A DNA stretch of 64,000 nt from an uncultured Candidatus Saccharibacteria bacterium (GCA_964365185.1 CAYIOP010000001.1:34675-98674); one strand, 5' to 3'; shown: positions 8,765-17,833, counted from the stretch's first letter. A program made the numbers and translations. Notes: generated from the sequence alone by a model not told the origin.

Positions 8765-9900
8765 TGGCTAGAAAAATTATTCTTTTAACTGGAGGCGGAA
8801 CCGGTGGACATATTTATCCATTGGTGGCAGTTGCTCAAAAGCTGATTAAGGTGGGTTTTGGGAGTGGTGAATTGCAAATTAAATATTTAGGGCCAATGAA
8901 TCAGTTTAATGCTGTTCTTTCGGTTAATTACGGAGTTAGAATGCACAATCTTTTAAGTGTTAAGTTTCGGCGCTATTTTTCTCTTTTAAATTTGATTGAT
9001 ATTCCAAAATTTTTTTTGGCGCTCGCACAGGCTCTATGGAAAGTTTTTTGGATTATGCCGAATGTTATTTTTTCAAAAGGCGGAACCGGAGCTTTACCAG
9101 TGGTTTTAGCCGGTTGGTTTTATCGAGTGCCGATTGTAATCCATGAGTCAGATGCCGTGCCGGGTTTAACTAATTTGGTTTCCGGCAGATTTGCTCGAAG
9201 AATTGCCGTGGGGTTTGATTCAGGGCTTCAATATTTTGATCCCAATAAAGCGATTTTAACAGGTAATCCGGTAAGAGAAGAACTTTTAGGAGACCGATAC
9301 GCGAAAGATATTGCCAAAGAGGAGTTGGGTTTTAAGGGATTAGAGCCATTAGTGGTTTTTTTGGGGGGATCGCAGGGTTCAAAAAGGTTAAATGATTTTG
9401 TGCTTTTAAACCTTAGGGATTTGCTTTCTGAAGCGCAGATTTTGCATCAGGCGGGGTGGGATAATTTTTCGGAAATTGAGAAACTTTCAAGAGCTGCGCT
9501 ACTGGACCTGGATTTGAAAACCGAATTAGAACATCGCTACAAAGTAGTACCGTATTTTTTAGAAAATTTAAGAACGGTTTTAATCGCTGCGGATTTAGTG
9601 GTGACAAGAGCTGGCGGCGGAGCAATTTTTGAATTGGCTGCTTTTGGAAAGCCAGCACTTTTAATTCCTTTGCCGGAATCAGCCGGAGGTCATCAGCGAG
9701 TTAATGCATATGAATTTGCTAAGGCCGGCGGGGGAGTAGTGATTGAAGAAGACAATTTATTTAAGGGAATATTTTTGGGTCAATTTCGGGAAATTTTAAA
9801 AAATGAGGCCTTGAGAAAAAAAATGGAATTGTCTTCGGCTAAATTTTTTAAGCCCGAGGCGGCAGAATTGTTGGCTCAAGAATTAATAAATTTGATTTAA
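8764..9900 (+). CDS. murG: MurG, undecaprenyldiphospho-muramoylpentapeptide beta-N-acetylglucosaminyltransferase
   Basis: N-terminal LTGGGTGGHIYPLVAVA glycine-rich loop and GT28 architecture. It sits immediately downstream of ftsW. Confidence 0.85.
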   Translation: MARKIILLTGGGTGGHIYPLVAVAQKLIKVGFGSGELQIKYLGPMNQFNAVLSVNYGVRMHNLLSVKFRRYFSLLNLIDIPKFFLALAQALWKVFWIMPNVIFSKGGTGALPVVLAGWFYRVPIVIHESDAVPGLTNLVSGRFARRIAVGFDSGLQYFDPNKAILTGNPVREELLGDRYAKDIAKEELGFKGLEPLVVFLGGSQGSKRLNDFVLLNLRDLLSEAQILHQAGWDNFSEIEKLSRAALLDLDLKTELEHRYKVVPYFLENLRTVLIAADLVVTRAGGGAIFELAAFGKPALLIPLPESAGGHQRVNAYEFAKAGGGVVIEEDNLFKGIFLGQFREILKNEALRKKMELSSAKFFKPEAAELLAQELINLI

Positions 9901-9986
9901 TCTGGTAAATCGATTCGAATTTTTTCAATGATATTTCAATGGTCATGCCTTTAAAATCAAGGAAAATTGTGCTATAATTCGTTTTT

Positions 9987-11396
9987 ATGGCCTTAATTTC
10001 GAAAAAAGAGGTTCGAGTGCGGATTGCTCCGTCGCCAACTGGCCATATGCACGTGGGTTTGGCACGAACCGCGCTTTTTAACTGGCTTTTTGCGAGGCAG
10101 GCGGAGGGCGAGTTTTTGCTTAGAATTGAAGATACTGATATCGAGCGTTCGGAAAAAAAGTACGAAGATGAGATTATTCAGGGTTTGAGTTGGTTAGGTT
10201 TGAATTGGGATGGTGAGGTTTATCGCCAGAGTGACCGGAGGGAAGTTTATAAAAAATATCTTAAGAAATTAATTGAGGAGAATAAGGCCTATTATTGCTA
10301 TTGCGCCAAAGAAGAACTTGAGGCCCAGAGGCAGGAGATGATAGCCGAAGGGTTAGTGCCTAAATATAACGGTCGTTGCCGTTCCCTTGATAAAGTTGAT
10401 GCTAAAAAACCGAGTGTTATTCGACTTAAGATTCCGGAAATAAAAATTGAATTTAAGGATTTGATTCGAGGCAAGGTGGAGTTTGACGTCGGTCTTTTTG
10501 GAGATTTGGTAATTGCTAAGAACTTGGAAAATCCCCTTTATAATTTTGCGGTGGTGGTGGATGACGAGGAGATGAAAATTAGCCATGTAATCAGGGGTGA
10601 GGATCATATTTCAAATACGCCCCGGCAGATTTTAATTGGGCAGGCGCTCAGATTTCAAATGCCAATTTATGCTCACATTCCTCTAATTTTGGCGCCGGAT
10701 CGGAGTAAGTTATCCAAACGTTCAAATGAAGTATCGCTTTTAGAATACAAAGAAAGAGGATATTTGCCGGAGGCAATGGTAAATTTTTTAGGTTTTTTGG
10801 GTTGGCACCCGGAAGGAGATGACGAGATTTTGGATTTAAAGAAAATGGTTCAGCTTTTTGACATCGCTAAAATTCAGAAAGGCGGAGCGGTTTTTAATCA
10901 GGAAAAATTAGATTGGTTTAATAATCAGTATTTGCGAAAACTCTCGGCGGAGGAAATTTATGAATGCTTGAAGCCGTTTCTAAAAGAAAATAAAATTGAA
11001 TCACCCCCTAGTTTTATAAAGAAAGTTATCGAGGTCTTGAAAGAACGAATGAAAACCTTGATTGAATTTTTTGAGTTGGCCGACTTTTTCTTTAATTTAC
11101 CGGAATATGACGTGAGCTTGCTTAAGTGGAAAGATCAATCCTTGCCAGATGTTAAAATAATACTCGAGAAAATTTTTGAGGCCTTTTCCGGTGTTTCGGA
11201 TTCGGAATTTCATTCTAAGAAGTTGGGTGAGATTTTAAATTCATTAATTAATGGAACTCCTCGAGGAGAGGTGTTTTGGCCGCTTCGCGTCGCTCTTTCG
11301 GGAAAAAACGCTTCACCCGATCCTTTAATGATTACTGAAGTTTTAGCGAAAATCGAGACAGTCAGACGAATTGAACTGGCAATTGGTAAAATTTAG
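9987..11396 (+). CDS. gltX: Glutamyl-tRNA synthetase
   Basis: RIAPSPTGHMHVG (the HIGH motif variant of GluRS) and KLSKRS (the KMSKS motif). Confidence 0.9.
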   Translation: MALISKKEVRVRIAPSPTGHMHVGLARTALFNWLFARQAEGEFLLRIEDTDIERSEKKYEDEIIQGLSWLGLNWDGEVYRQSDRREVYKKYLKKLIEENKAYYCYCAKEELEAQRQEMIAEGLVPKYNGRCRSLDKVDAKKPSVIRLKIPEIKIEFKDLIRGKVEFDVGLFGDLVIAKNLENPLYNFAVVVDDEEMKISHVIRGEDHISNTPRQILIGQALRFQMPIYAHIPLILAPDRSKLSKRSNEVSLLEYKERGYLPEAMVNFLGFLGWHPEGDDEILDLKKMVQLFDIAKIQKGGAVFNQEKLDWFNNQYLRKLSAEEIYECLKPFLKENKIESPPSFIKKVIEVLKERMKTLIEFFELADFFFNLPEYDVSLLKWKDQSLPDVKIILEKIFEAFSGVSDSEFHSKKLGEILNSLINGTPRGEVFWPLRVALSGKNASPDPLMITEVLAKIETVRRIELAIGKI

Positions 11397-11407
11397 GCAA
11401 AAAAATT

Positions 11408-12688
11408 ATGATAACTTTTAAAAAAATAGTTTTAGTTTTGGGAATTTTGGTTCCGGTTTTTTTTCTGGTTAATTTTACGGTGGCGGCGGAGCCAAGCGGG
11501 GTTTCCTTGGAGAGGAGTGAACTTGAGGCGCGAATTAAAGTCCAAAACGAAGAGTTGGAAAAATTGAATCGTCAGTTAGAGGAGACACAAACTAAACTTG
11601 AAGGCACAAAAAACGAGCGGTTAACTCTACAGAAAGAGTTGAGCAATATTAAAAATTCCATTACTCAATTAAATTTAAGCATTAAAACGGATCAAGCTAC
11701 GGTCAATAAGCTGATACTTGAAATTGATTCTTTAAACTTTGATATTCAGGATATTGAGGTCTTGTCGGATTACAAGAAAAATTCGGTGGCAGAACTTCTA
11801 AAAGCCATTAATCGGAATGATCAGGTTAATTTTTTAACAGTATTTTTAAGCGGCGATAGTTTAGCAGATAGCGTTTCTGATCTTCAAGCGCTCTCTAGCA
11901 CCGGATCGCAACTTGGGACTGATATTCAAAATTTAGAGAAATTGCGAGGGGAGAAAGTTAAGAAAGCCACTGAAATTAGCAATAAGAAAGTCGAAATTTC
12001 ACGGCGGAAGGAAGATCTTGAGAGTAAAAAATTTATTATTGAAGACCAAGAGGGTGAGAAACGGTCAATTTTGGAAGAGACCAAAAATAAAGAGAGTGTT
12101 TATCAGAAGGAATTGGATGATTTAAGAAAAAAGCAGGATGAAATTGCCGAGCAGATCTCGAAATTCGAAGAAGAGTTGCGGATTAAATTTGACGTGGGGC
12201 TTTTGCCAACTAAACGCTCGGGTGTTTTTGATTGGCCGGTTAAACTTAAAAAAGATGGCGGCACGGGTATTATCACTCAGCATATGGGTGAGGTCTCCCG
12301 GCTCTATAAGGGTAAGCCGCATAATGGACTGGATATCGGTACACCAGTGGGCACGCCAGTTTTGGCGGCTGAAGACGGGACGGTAATTGCGGTGGATGAT
12401 AATGACCGGAGTCAGTGGAGAAAATATCAGTACGGAAAATATGTTCTGATCCGGCATGAAAATAATCTGACCACTCTTTACGCGCATCTTTCCAGGCAAT
12501 CAGTGGCTAAGGGTCAGACCGTGAAGAGGGGAGAGGTGATAGGTTATTCCGGTAATACCGGTTATTCAACTGGAGCGCATTTACACTTTGGAGTTTATTG
12601 GGCAGCGAGCGTGCTTATGAAGGCGGTGCCACCGGCTTTGGGTTTGGTGCCAGTCGGAGTGGTGGTGAATCCGGAGGATTATCTCTAG
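11408..12688 (+). CDS. M23-family peptidoglycan DD-metalloendopeptidase with N-terminal coiled coil (EnvC-like)
   Basis: Signal/TM segment, a long heptad coiled-coil region, then HNGLDIG...GNTGYSTGAHLHFGV, the M23 HxxxD/HxH motifs. Confidence 0.8.
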   Translation: MITFKKIVLVLGILVPVFFLVNFTVAAEPSGVSLERSELEARIKVQNEELEKLNRQLEETQTKLEGTKNERLTLQKELSNIKNSITQLNLSIKTDQATVNKLILEIDSLNFDIQDIEVLSDYKKNSVAELLKAINRNDQVNFLTVFLSGDSLADSVSDLQALSSTGSQLGTDIQNLEKLRGEKVKKATEISNKKVEISRRKEDLESKKFIIEDQEGEKRSILEETKNKESVYQKELDDLRKKQDEIAEQISKFEEELRIKFDVGLLPTKRSGVFDWPVKLKKDGGTGIITQHMGEVSRLYKGKPHNGLDIGTPVGTPVLAAEDGTVIAVDDNDRSQWRKYQYGKYVLIRHENNLTTLYAHLSRQSVAKGQTVKRGEVIGYSGNTGYSTGAHLHFGVYWAASVLMKAVPPALGLVPVGVVVNPEDYL

Positions 12689-12690
12689 AT

Positions 12691-12721
12691 TAGGTTTTAG
12701 GTTTTAGGTTATAGGTGATAG
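12691..12721. repeat. heptad-periodic TAG repeat: TAG at 12691, 12698, 12705, 12712, 12719 (exact 7-nt spacing)
   Basis: taggttt taggttt taggtta taggtga tag, read directly. It follows the TAG stop of the M23 peptidase gene and places stops in all three frames. Confidence 0.55.
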
Positions 12722-12769
12722 AGATACAATAGTAATACAATGGCGATACAATTGAGATATAATTGAAAA

Positions 12770-13129
12770 ATGAAATTATTGGCGGCTAGTATTTTATTCT
12801 TCTTAATTTTTACGGTTGTGCCGGTTAAGGCGCAAAGTGTGGAATTGATTACTGGTGGGCAGGCGCCGGAGAAGACATTCAACGAAATTGTTAATCCGGT
12901 TATTAATTTTTTCGGTAAGCTATTTAATTTTTTCCAATTAGTCCTTACTCGATTGCTGGATGTTGAGTGGATAAAACATAATTTGCTCTCGGTTTTCGGT
13001 ACAATTAATGATTGGTTTTATAAAATTTTCGGAATGGATATTGGTGAAGTTTTAGCCGCAATCGGAAATATTTTTGTGATTATTTTTAATTGGTTGATTG
13101 CATTTTTTACGAAGTTGTGGCCGTTTTAG
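12770..13129 (+). CDS. hypothetical small secreted/membrane protein
   Basis: 119 aa with an N-terminal signal-like hydrophobic segment and a C-terminal hydrophobic segment. Confidence 0.35.
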   Translation: MKLLAASILFFLIFTVVPVKAQSVELITGGQAPEKTFNEIVNPVINFFGKLFNFFQLVLTRLLDVEWIKHNLLSVFGTINDWFYKIFGMDIGEVLAAIGNIFVIIFNWLIAFFTKLWPF

Positions 13130-13174
13130 AGTTAGAATTGAGGATATAGAATGTAGGGAAGTTCAGATGAATTT

Positions 13175-14977
13175 ATGAATCGGGAAATTCGAAATTGCCA
13201 AAATTGCAAAACTAATTTTGAAATAGACGCTTCGGATTTTAAATTTTATGAAAGGATAAAGGTTCCGCCGCCGACGTGGTGTCCGGAGTGTCGGATAGTT
13301 CGGCGAATGTCGGTTCAGAATCAACGGGCTTTATATAAACGAAAATGTGATTTGTGCGGAAATGAAATGGTAACTTTTTTCTCGCCAGAGGCGCGAGATA
13401 CTGTTTATTGCCAAAAATGTTGGTGGTCGGATAATTGGGACCCGTTTCAATATGGGCTGGAATATGATTTTTCCAAACCGTTTTTCGCTCAATTTAGAGA
13501 ATTATTAGATAGAGTTCCGTGGTCAGCGCTCCAGACAGTTTATACCACGATGGTAAATAGCGAGTATTGCAATATCGCTTCCTATCTAAAGGACTGTTAT
13601 TTAATGTTTAACTCTGATTACAGCGAGGATTGTTATTATGGAACTTATGTGGAACGGAGTAAGCGTTCATTTGATCTTTATATGGCTGACTACGCGGAGA
13701 TTTGTTACGAGAGCAATAATTTAGAGAAATGTTATCACGTTTTTTATTCGAGTAACTGCAATAATTGCATCGATGTTTATTTTTCAAGAAATTTGCGAGG
13801 TTGCTCGAAGTGTTTTGGTTGCGTTAATTTATCCAATAAACAGTATTACATTTTTAATGAGCCCTATTCCAAAGAAGAGTATTTTAGAAAATTGAAACAA
13901 TTCGATTTGGGGTCAAGAAAGACGGTTTTAGAATTACGTCAGCAGATGGCCGACTTTAATCTTAAATTTCCAAGAAAATTTGCGGAAGGATTTAAGAATT
14001 TAAACGTCTCGGGAGATTATGTGTTTAATTCCAAAAATACTTATTTGAGTTATGAAATGGCCGAATCCGAAGATTGTAAATTTTGCCAATTTCTTTTTAT
14101 TGAAACCGCGAAGAATTGTCAAGATGTGACGATGTGGGGTGGGGGACTTACCAACTCTTATGATTCAATGGGTATTGGCGGAGGAGCGGACCAGATTAAA
14201 TTTTCTTTTGATTGTTGGGCAAATCTTATGAATATTGAGTACTGTTTCGATCTTTTGGTTATGAACTCAGACCTTTTTGGGTGCAGCCGATTGAAAAATA
14301 AAAAATTCTGTATTCTAAATAGGCAGTATTCTGAGAAAGAATATAATGATTTAATTCCGAAAATTAAAAAACAAATGGATGAAGTGCCTTATATCGATAA
14401 GAAGGGCCGAGTATATAAATATGGAGAGTTTTTCCCGCCTGAAATCCACTCTTTTGCTTATAATGAAACAATCGCACAGGAATATTTTCCATTGACTAAG
14501 GAAGAAGCTATAGACCAGGGTTTTCGTTGGAAAGATGCTCAAGATAAGAATTATCAAATTACGATTTCAAGCGACCAGTTGGCGGATAATATTAAGGAAG
14601 TTGAGGATGGAATTTTAGGCCAGATAATTGGCTGCGAACATTTTGGTAAGTGCAAAGATCAGTGCTCAGTGGCGTTTAAAATTACTCCTCGAGAATTGGA
14701 ATTTTATAGGGCCGAGAATATCCCAGTGCCTCGATTATGTTCGAATTGCCGGCATTACGAGCGATTAAGGAATAATAATCCTATGAGATTTTATCATCGC
14801 AGGTGTGGGTGTGAGGGGTTGCAAAGCGTAAAGAGCAAGGCGCAAAATAGTTATCAAAACGTGGCTCAACATTTTCATGGCGGCGATCATTGCCCCAATG
14901 AATTTGAAACAACTTACGCGCCGGAGAGAAGAGAAATTATTTATTGCGAGGAATGCTATCAACAAGAAATAATATAG
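13175..14977 (+). CDS. Cys-rich zinc-ribbon family protein (pseudo-symmetric A-B-core-A'-B')
   Basis: N-terminus CQNCKTNFEIDASDFKFYERIKVPPPTWCPECR (A), then KCDLCGNEMVTFFSPEARDTVYCQKC (B). The core has repeated C..C.NC and CFGCVNLSNKQYYIFNEPYSKEEY units. The C-terminus repeats A' (ITPRELEFYRAENIPVPRLCSNCR) and B' (HCPNEFETTYAPERREIIYCEECYQQE). Confidence 0.6.
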   Translation: MNREIRNCQNCKTNFEIDASDFKFYERIKVPPPTWCPECRIVRRMSVQNQRALYKRKCDLCGNEMVTFFSPEARDTVYCQKCWWSDNWDPFQYGLEYDFSKPFFAQFRELLDRVPWSALQTVYTTMVNSEYCNIASYLKDCYLMFNSDYSEDCYYGTYVERSKRSFDLYMADYAEICYESNNLEKCYHVFYSSNCNNCIDVYFSRNLRGCSKCFGCVNLSNKQYYIFNEPYSKEEYFRKLKQFDLGSRKTVLELRQQMADFNLKFPRKFAEGFKNLNVSGDYVFNSKNTYLSYEMAESEDCKFCQFLFIETAKNCQDVTMWGGGLTNSYDSMGIGGGADQIKFSFDCWANLMNIEYCFDLLVMNSDLFGCSRLKNKKFCILNRQYSEKEYNDLIPKIKKQMDEVPYIDKKGRVYKYGEFFPPEIHSFAYNETIAQEYFPLTKEEAIDQGFRWKDAQDKNYQITISSDQLADNIKEVEDGILGQIIGCEHFGKCKDQCSVAFKITPRELEFYRAENIPVPRLCSNCRHYERLRNNNPMRFYHRRCGCEGLQSVKSKAQNSYQNVAQHFHGGDHCPNEFETTYAPERREIIYCEECYQQEII

Positions 14978-15051
14978 ACAAACATTCTGAAGTCCGGCCA
15001 TAGCTTAAGCGACGGTGGACGAACAATGTTATAATGCAGAAGTAGCATAAA

Positions 15052-15088
15052 TAGAATCTAGAATTTAGAAAATAGAAGGTAGTAAGTG
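15052..15088. repeat. heptad-periodic TAG repeat (TAG at 15052, 15059, 15066, 15073, 15080)
   Basis: tagaatc tagaatt tagaaaa tagaagg tagtaag, read directly in the spacer between the Cys-rich gene and murC. Confidence 0.55.
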
Positions 15089-15146
15089 GGAAGAGGAAAT
15101 GTTATGTCGTAAAACGGATAATGTGCGACAGATGTAATATAAGATA

Positions 15147-16541
15147 ATGACTAAAAAAGAGCACTCCCCTAACTTAAATAGAGTTCATTTTGTTGGTATT
15201 GGCGGCATAGGAATGAGTGCTCTGGTACGTTGGTTTTTAGCTAAAAAATGGCTTGTATCGGGCTCTGATCTAGTAGAAAGCCAGATTACTGATAGTTTAA
15301 GAAAAGTTGGCGTAAGGGTCAAAATTGGCCATAAAAGAGTTAATTTACCTCAAAATGGCCTTAAGATGGTTGTTTATAGCCAAGCCATTCACCATGACAA
15401 CCCAGAATTGCTTGAGGCGCGAAAATTGGGCATTATTCCTCTTTCATATGGGGAGGCAGTCGGGTGTCTTACAAAGATTTATAAAACGATTGCCATTGCC
15501 GGTAGTCATGGCAAAAGTACGACTACGGCTTTAGTTGGAATTGTTCTCTCGGCGGCGAAGTTCGACCCGAATGTGATTTTAGGCACTAATCTTAAAGAAT
15601 TTCACGGAACTAATTTTAGGCAAGGACGATCAAGGTGGCTGGTTTTGGAGGCGGATGAGTGGAAGGCCTCTTTCTTAAATTATTTTCCTTTTATAACCGT
15701 GGTTACTAATATCGATAAAGAACATCTGGATTATTACAAAACCTTTGGCAACGTCAAAAAGACATTTCTTAAATTTTTAGGTAATACCGAAGATGGCGGA
15801 TTTTTGATTTTGAATCGCGACGACAAAATTTTATTTTCGCTCCAGTCCTCTATTTTAAAATTGACAAGACAGAAAAAATTGAAAGTTCATTGGTATTCAG
15901 TGAGTAAAACTCAAAGTGAAAAACGAAAAGCGAAAAGTTTAGGGAAGATTTTAAAAATTTCGGGCGAGCATAATATTTCAAATGCGATGGCGGCTTTCAC
16001 TGTGGCTAAAGTTTTGAGAATTAAAGAGTCGATTGCAACTGGGGCACTCGCTAATTTTCAAGGAGCGTGGAGAAGAATGGAGTATAAGGGCAAATGGCAA
16101 ATAGCAAATAGCAAATCAATTTTAGTGTTTGACGATTACGCTCATCATCCCACGGAGATTCGAGCAACACTTCGGGCTTTTCATGAAAAATTTTCGACTT
16201 CTCCGATTGTTTGTGTTTATCAGCCGCATCAGGCCGAACGACTTAAGAATTTATTTTCGGAGTTTGTGGACTCATTTTTAGATGCGCATGTTTTAATTTT
16301 TTTGCCGGTTTATGAAGTGGCGGGCCGCGATCGGGTGAATCGCGGTTTTACCTCAGAACGATTGGCCAAAGCGATTGCCAAGAAATATTCTCGAAAGCAC
16401 GTGTATTATCTAAAAAATCCAAAGCTTTTGAAGGGATTTTTGAGGCATATCGTGGAGCATTTTGGCTTTACCCACTCCCCTATTTTGGTGATGATGGGCG
16501 CGGGAGATATTGTTAAATATACTCCTCTCTTGTTATCATAG
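15147..16541 (+). CDS. murC: UDP-N-acetylmuramate--L-alanine ligase MurC
   Basis: VHFVGIGGIGMSAL (Mur ligase N-terminal Rossmann loop), IAGSHGKSTTT (P-loop) and HHPTE. Two in-frame heptad-repeat inserts give KRKAKS and KGKWQIANSKS. Confidence 0.8.
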   Translation: MTKKEHSPNLNRVHFVGIGGIGMSALVRWFLAKKWLVSGSDLVESQITDSLRKVGVRVKIGHKRVNLPQNGLKMVVYSQAIHHDNPELLEARKLGIIPLSYGEAVGCLTKIYKTIAIAGSHGKSTTTALVGIVLSAAKFDPNVILGTNLKEFHGTNFRQGRSRWLVLEADEWKASFLNYFPFITVVTNIDKEHLDYYKTFGNVKKTFLKFLGNTEDGGFLILNRDDKILFSLQSSILKLTRQKKLKVHWYSVSKTQSEKRKAKSLGKILKISGEHNISNAMAAFTVAKVLRIKESIATGALANFQGAWRRMEYKGKWQIANSKSILVFDDYAHHPTEIRATLRAFHEKFSTSPIVCVYQPHQAERLKNLFSEFVDSFLDAHVLIFLPVYEVAGRDRVNRGFTSERLAKAIAKKYSRKHVYYLKNPKLLKGFLRHIVEHFGFTHSPILVMMGAGDIVKYTPLLLS

Positions 16542-16547
16542 TTTTCT

Positions 16548-17318
16548 ATGGATTTTTATAAGGATGAGAATGCGTTTAAAGAGGTCTCCGGTTATACAAT
16601 TGATGGTGTTTGGTATCCCCGGGTGACCAAGATCGTAAGTATTAAGGCTAAGCCGGCCTTACTTTATTTTTATGGTGAGGCGGCAAATTATAAAGCGGGC
16701 CTGTCTTTTACTCAAAAATCCGCGGTGGAGGGAACTTTGGTTCACAATGCGATTGAAAATTTGCTTTTAAACAAACAAGAAGAAGTAGATCCTTTAATTG
16801 CGCCGGCAATTGTGGCCTTTAAGATTTTTTGGGAGAGTAAAAATATTCAAGTGACGCCAGATTTGGTTGAGCGTCGGGTGGTGAGTTTTGACCATCGTTA
16901 TGCCGGCACAGTTGACGCCATAGCTTTAATTGACGGCAAGTTAGGGGTACTGGACATTAAAACCTCACAGGCGATTTATCGTGACTATAATATTCAGACC
17001 GCGGCTTATATGGCCGCCTTAAAGAACCAATTTCAGAATCTTCAGACGCGGTGGATTTTAAGAGTGGATCAGATCCAGACCTGTCAGAGTTGCGGCTCTC
17101 GCAAGCGAACCAAGGGCGGCCGAGAGAAAATTCGACCAGTGAACGGTCAATTTACGGCGATGAGAAATTGTCCGGAGCATGAATGGTCGGAAGTTGCTGG
17201 CGAGATTGAATTTAAGGAATTCCCCTACTGGCAGACGGATTTCGAAGCTTTTCTGGCGGCTAAAAAACTTTGGGAGTGGGAGAATGAAAATTGGTTGAAT
17301 AAAATAGGTTACTTATGA
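16548..17318 (+). CDS. hypothetical PD-(D/E)XK-like nuclease-fold protein with C-terminal Cys/His cluster
   Basis: GTVDAIALIDGKLGVLDIKTS fits the D...D/ExK core. The C-terminus is CQSCGSRKRTKGG...NCPEHEW. Family assignment is weak. Confidence 0.3.
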   Translation: MDFYKDENAFKEVSGYTIDGVWYPRVTKIVSIKAKPALLYFYGEAANYKAGLSFTQKSAVEGTLVHNAIENLLLNKQEEVDPLIAPAIVAFKIFWESKNIQVTPDLVERRVVSFDHRYAGTVDAIALIDGKLGVLDIKTSQAIYRDYNIQTAAYMAALKNQFQNLQTRWILRVDQIQTCQSCGSRKRTKGGREKIRPVNGQFTAMRNCPEHEWSEVAGEIEFKEFPYWQTDFEAFLAAKKLWEWENENWLNKIGYL

Positions 17319-17336
17319 AAATATTTTTATTTTAAG

Positions 17337-17450
17337 GACCGGCGTCGTGATTGCTCCAGCGGCAATCACACGCCTGCATCTCCTTCGTTGGACTTCGCTA
17401 AAACGGAGACCGAGCTCTAACTTCAGTCCGATAGTTCCTTAAAATAAAAA
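17337..17450 (+). ncRNA. GC-rich structured element (candidate small RNA or attenuator), strand uncertain
   Basis: Sharp G+C island in an AT-rich 730-nt intergenic region. Perfect hairpin gtgattgc-tccagcg-gcaatcac, plus a second helix ggact...agtcc. The whole block is flanked by ttttaagga ... tccttaaaa complementary arms. Confidence 0.2.
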
Positions 17451-17692
17451 TATTTTCTATCGCTATTTTATTTGAGCGGCTTGGGGATAAGAAAAGTGTT
17501 TTTGATTTAAAATTTCTGTGCTATAGTAGAGGAAATGTCGGTTGATGATTCGAATTATAAAAAAGAAAGTCGCAGTTAGCGAAATTCAAGGTTAGCTTGA
17601 AGGACTCGCATAGCGGAGTTCTTTTTATTTTTCATCCGGCCGGATGAAAAATAATCCTGAGGAAATTGAAGGATTATCTTAAATTTTAACCA

Positions 17693-17833
17693 ATGAAACA
17701 GAAATATTATTGTCCTAGCTGTGAAGAGATTTTCCATGCGGATCGAGTGAATGTCAATGAGCGTCACCATTGTGGGACCATTAGTATTATTGACTGGACT
17801 TATAGGAGAGAGGAAGAAACAAGAAGTGATTAA
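17693..17833 (+). CDS. small ORF (46 aa) with C4-like zinc-binding spacing
   Basis: MKQKYYCPSCEEIFHADRVNVNERHHCGTISIID..., with CxxC ... HHC. Below the ORF-track length cutoff and has no clear RBS. Confidence 0.2.
   Translation: MKQKYYCPSCEEIFHADRVNVNERHHCGTISIIDWTYRREEETRSD

Noticed and set aside
12691-12711. (TTTTAGG)n / (TAGGTTT)n resembling eukaryotic telomeric repeats
   Set aside because: Only 2-3 units are present, the sequence is internal to a bacterial gene-dense contig, and it belongs to the wider heptad-periodic (T)AG family seen at other intergenic sites. It is not a telomere.
15001-15040. TTAAGC-N18-TTATAAT as the murC promoter
   Set aside because: The -35 match is poor and alternative hexamers exist. 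Too weak to list as a feature.
17617-17640. tttttcatccggccggatgaaaaa hairpin as an intrinsic terminator
   Set aside because: The A/T runs form part of the stem rather than a trailing U-tract on either strand, so a terminator function is not supported. It is kept only as part of the structured-region finding.
17576-17770. 64-aa minus-strand ORF from the six-frame track
   Set aside because: It overlaps the hairpin cluster and the better-supported plus-strand zinc-ribbon ORF. It has no RBS, and low-complexity codons span the palindrome. Judged spurious.
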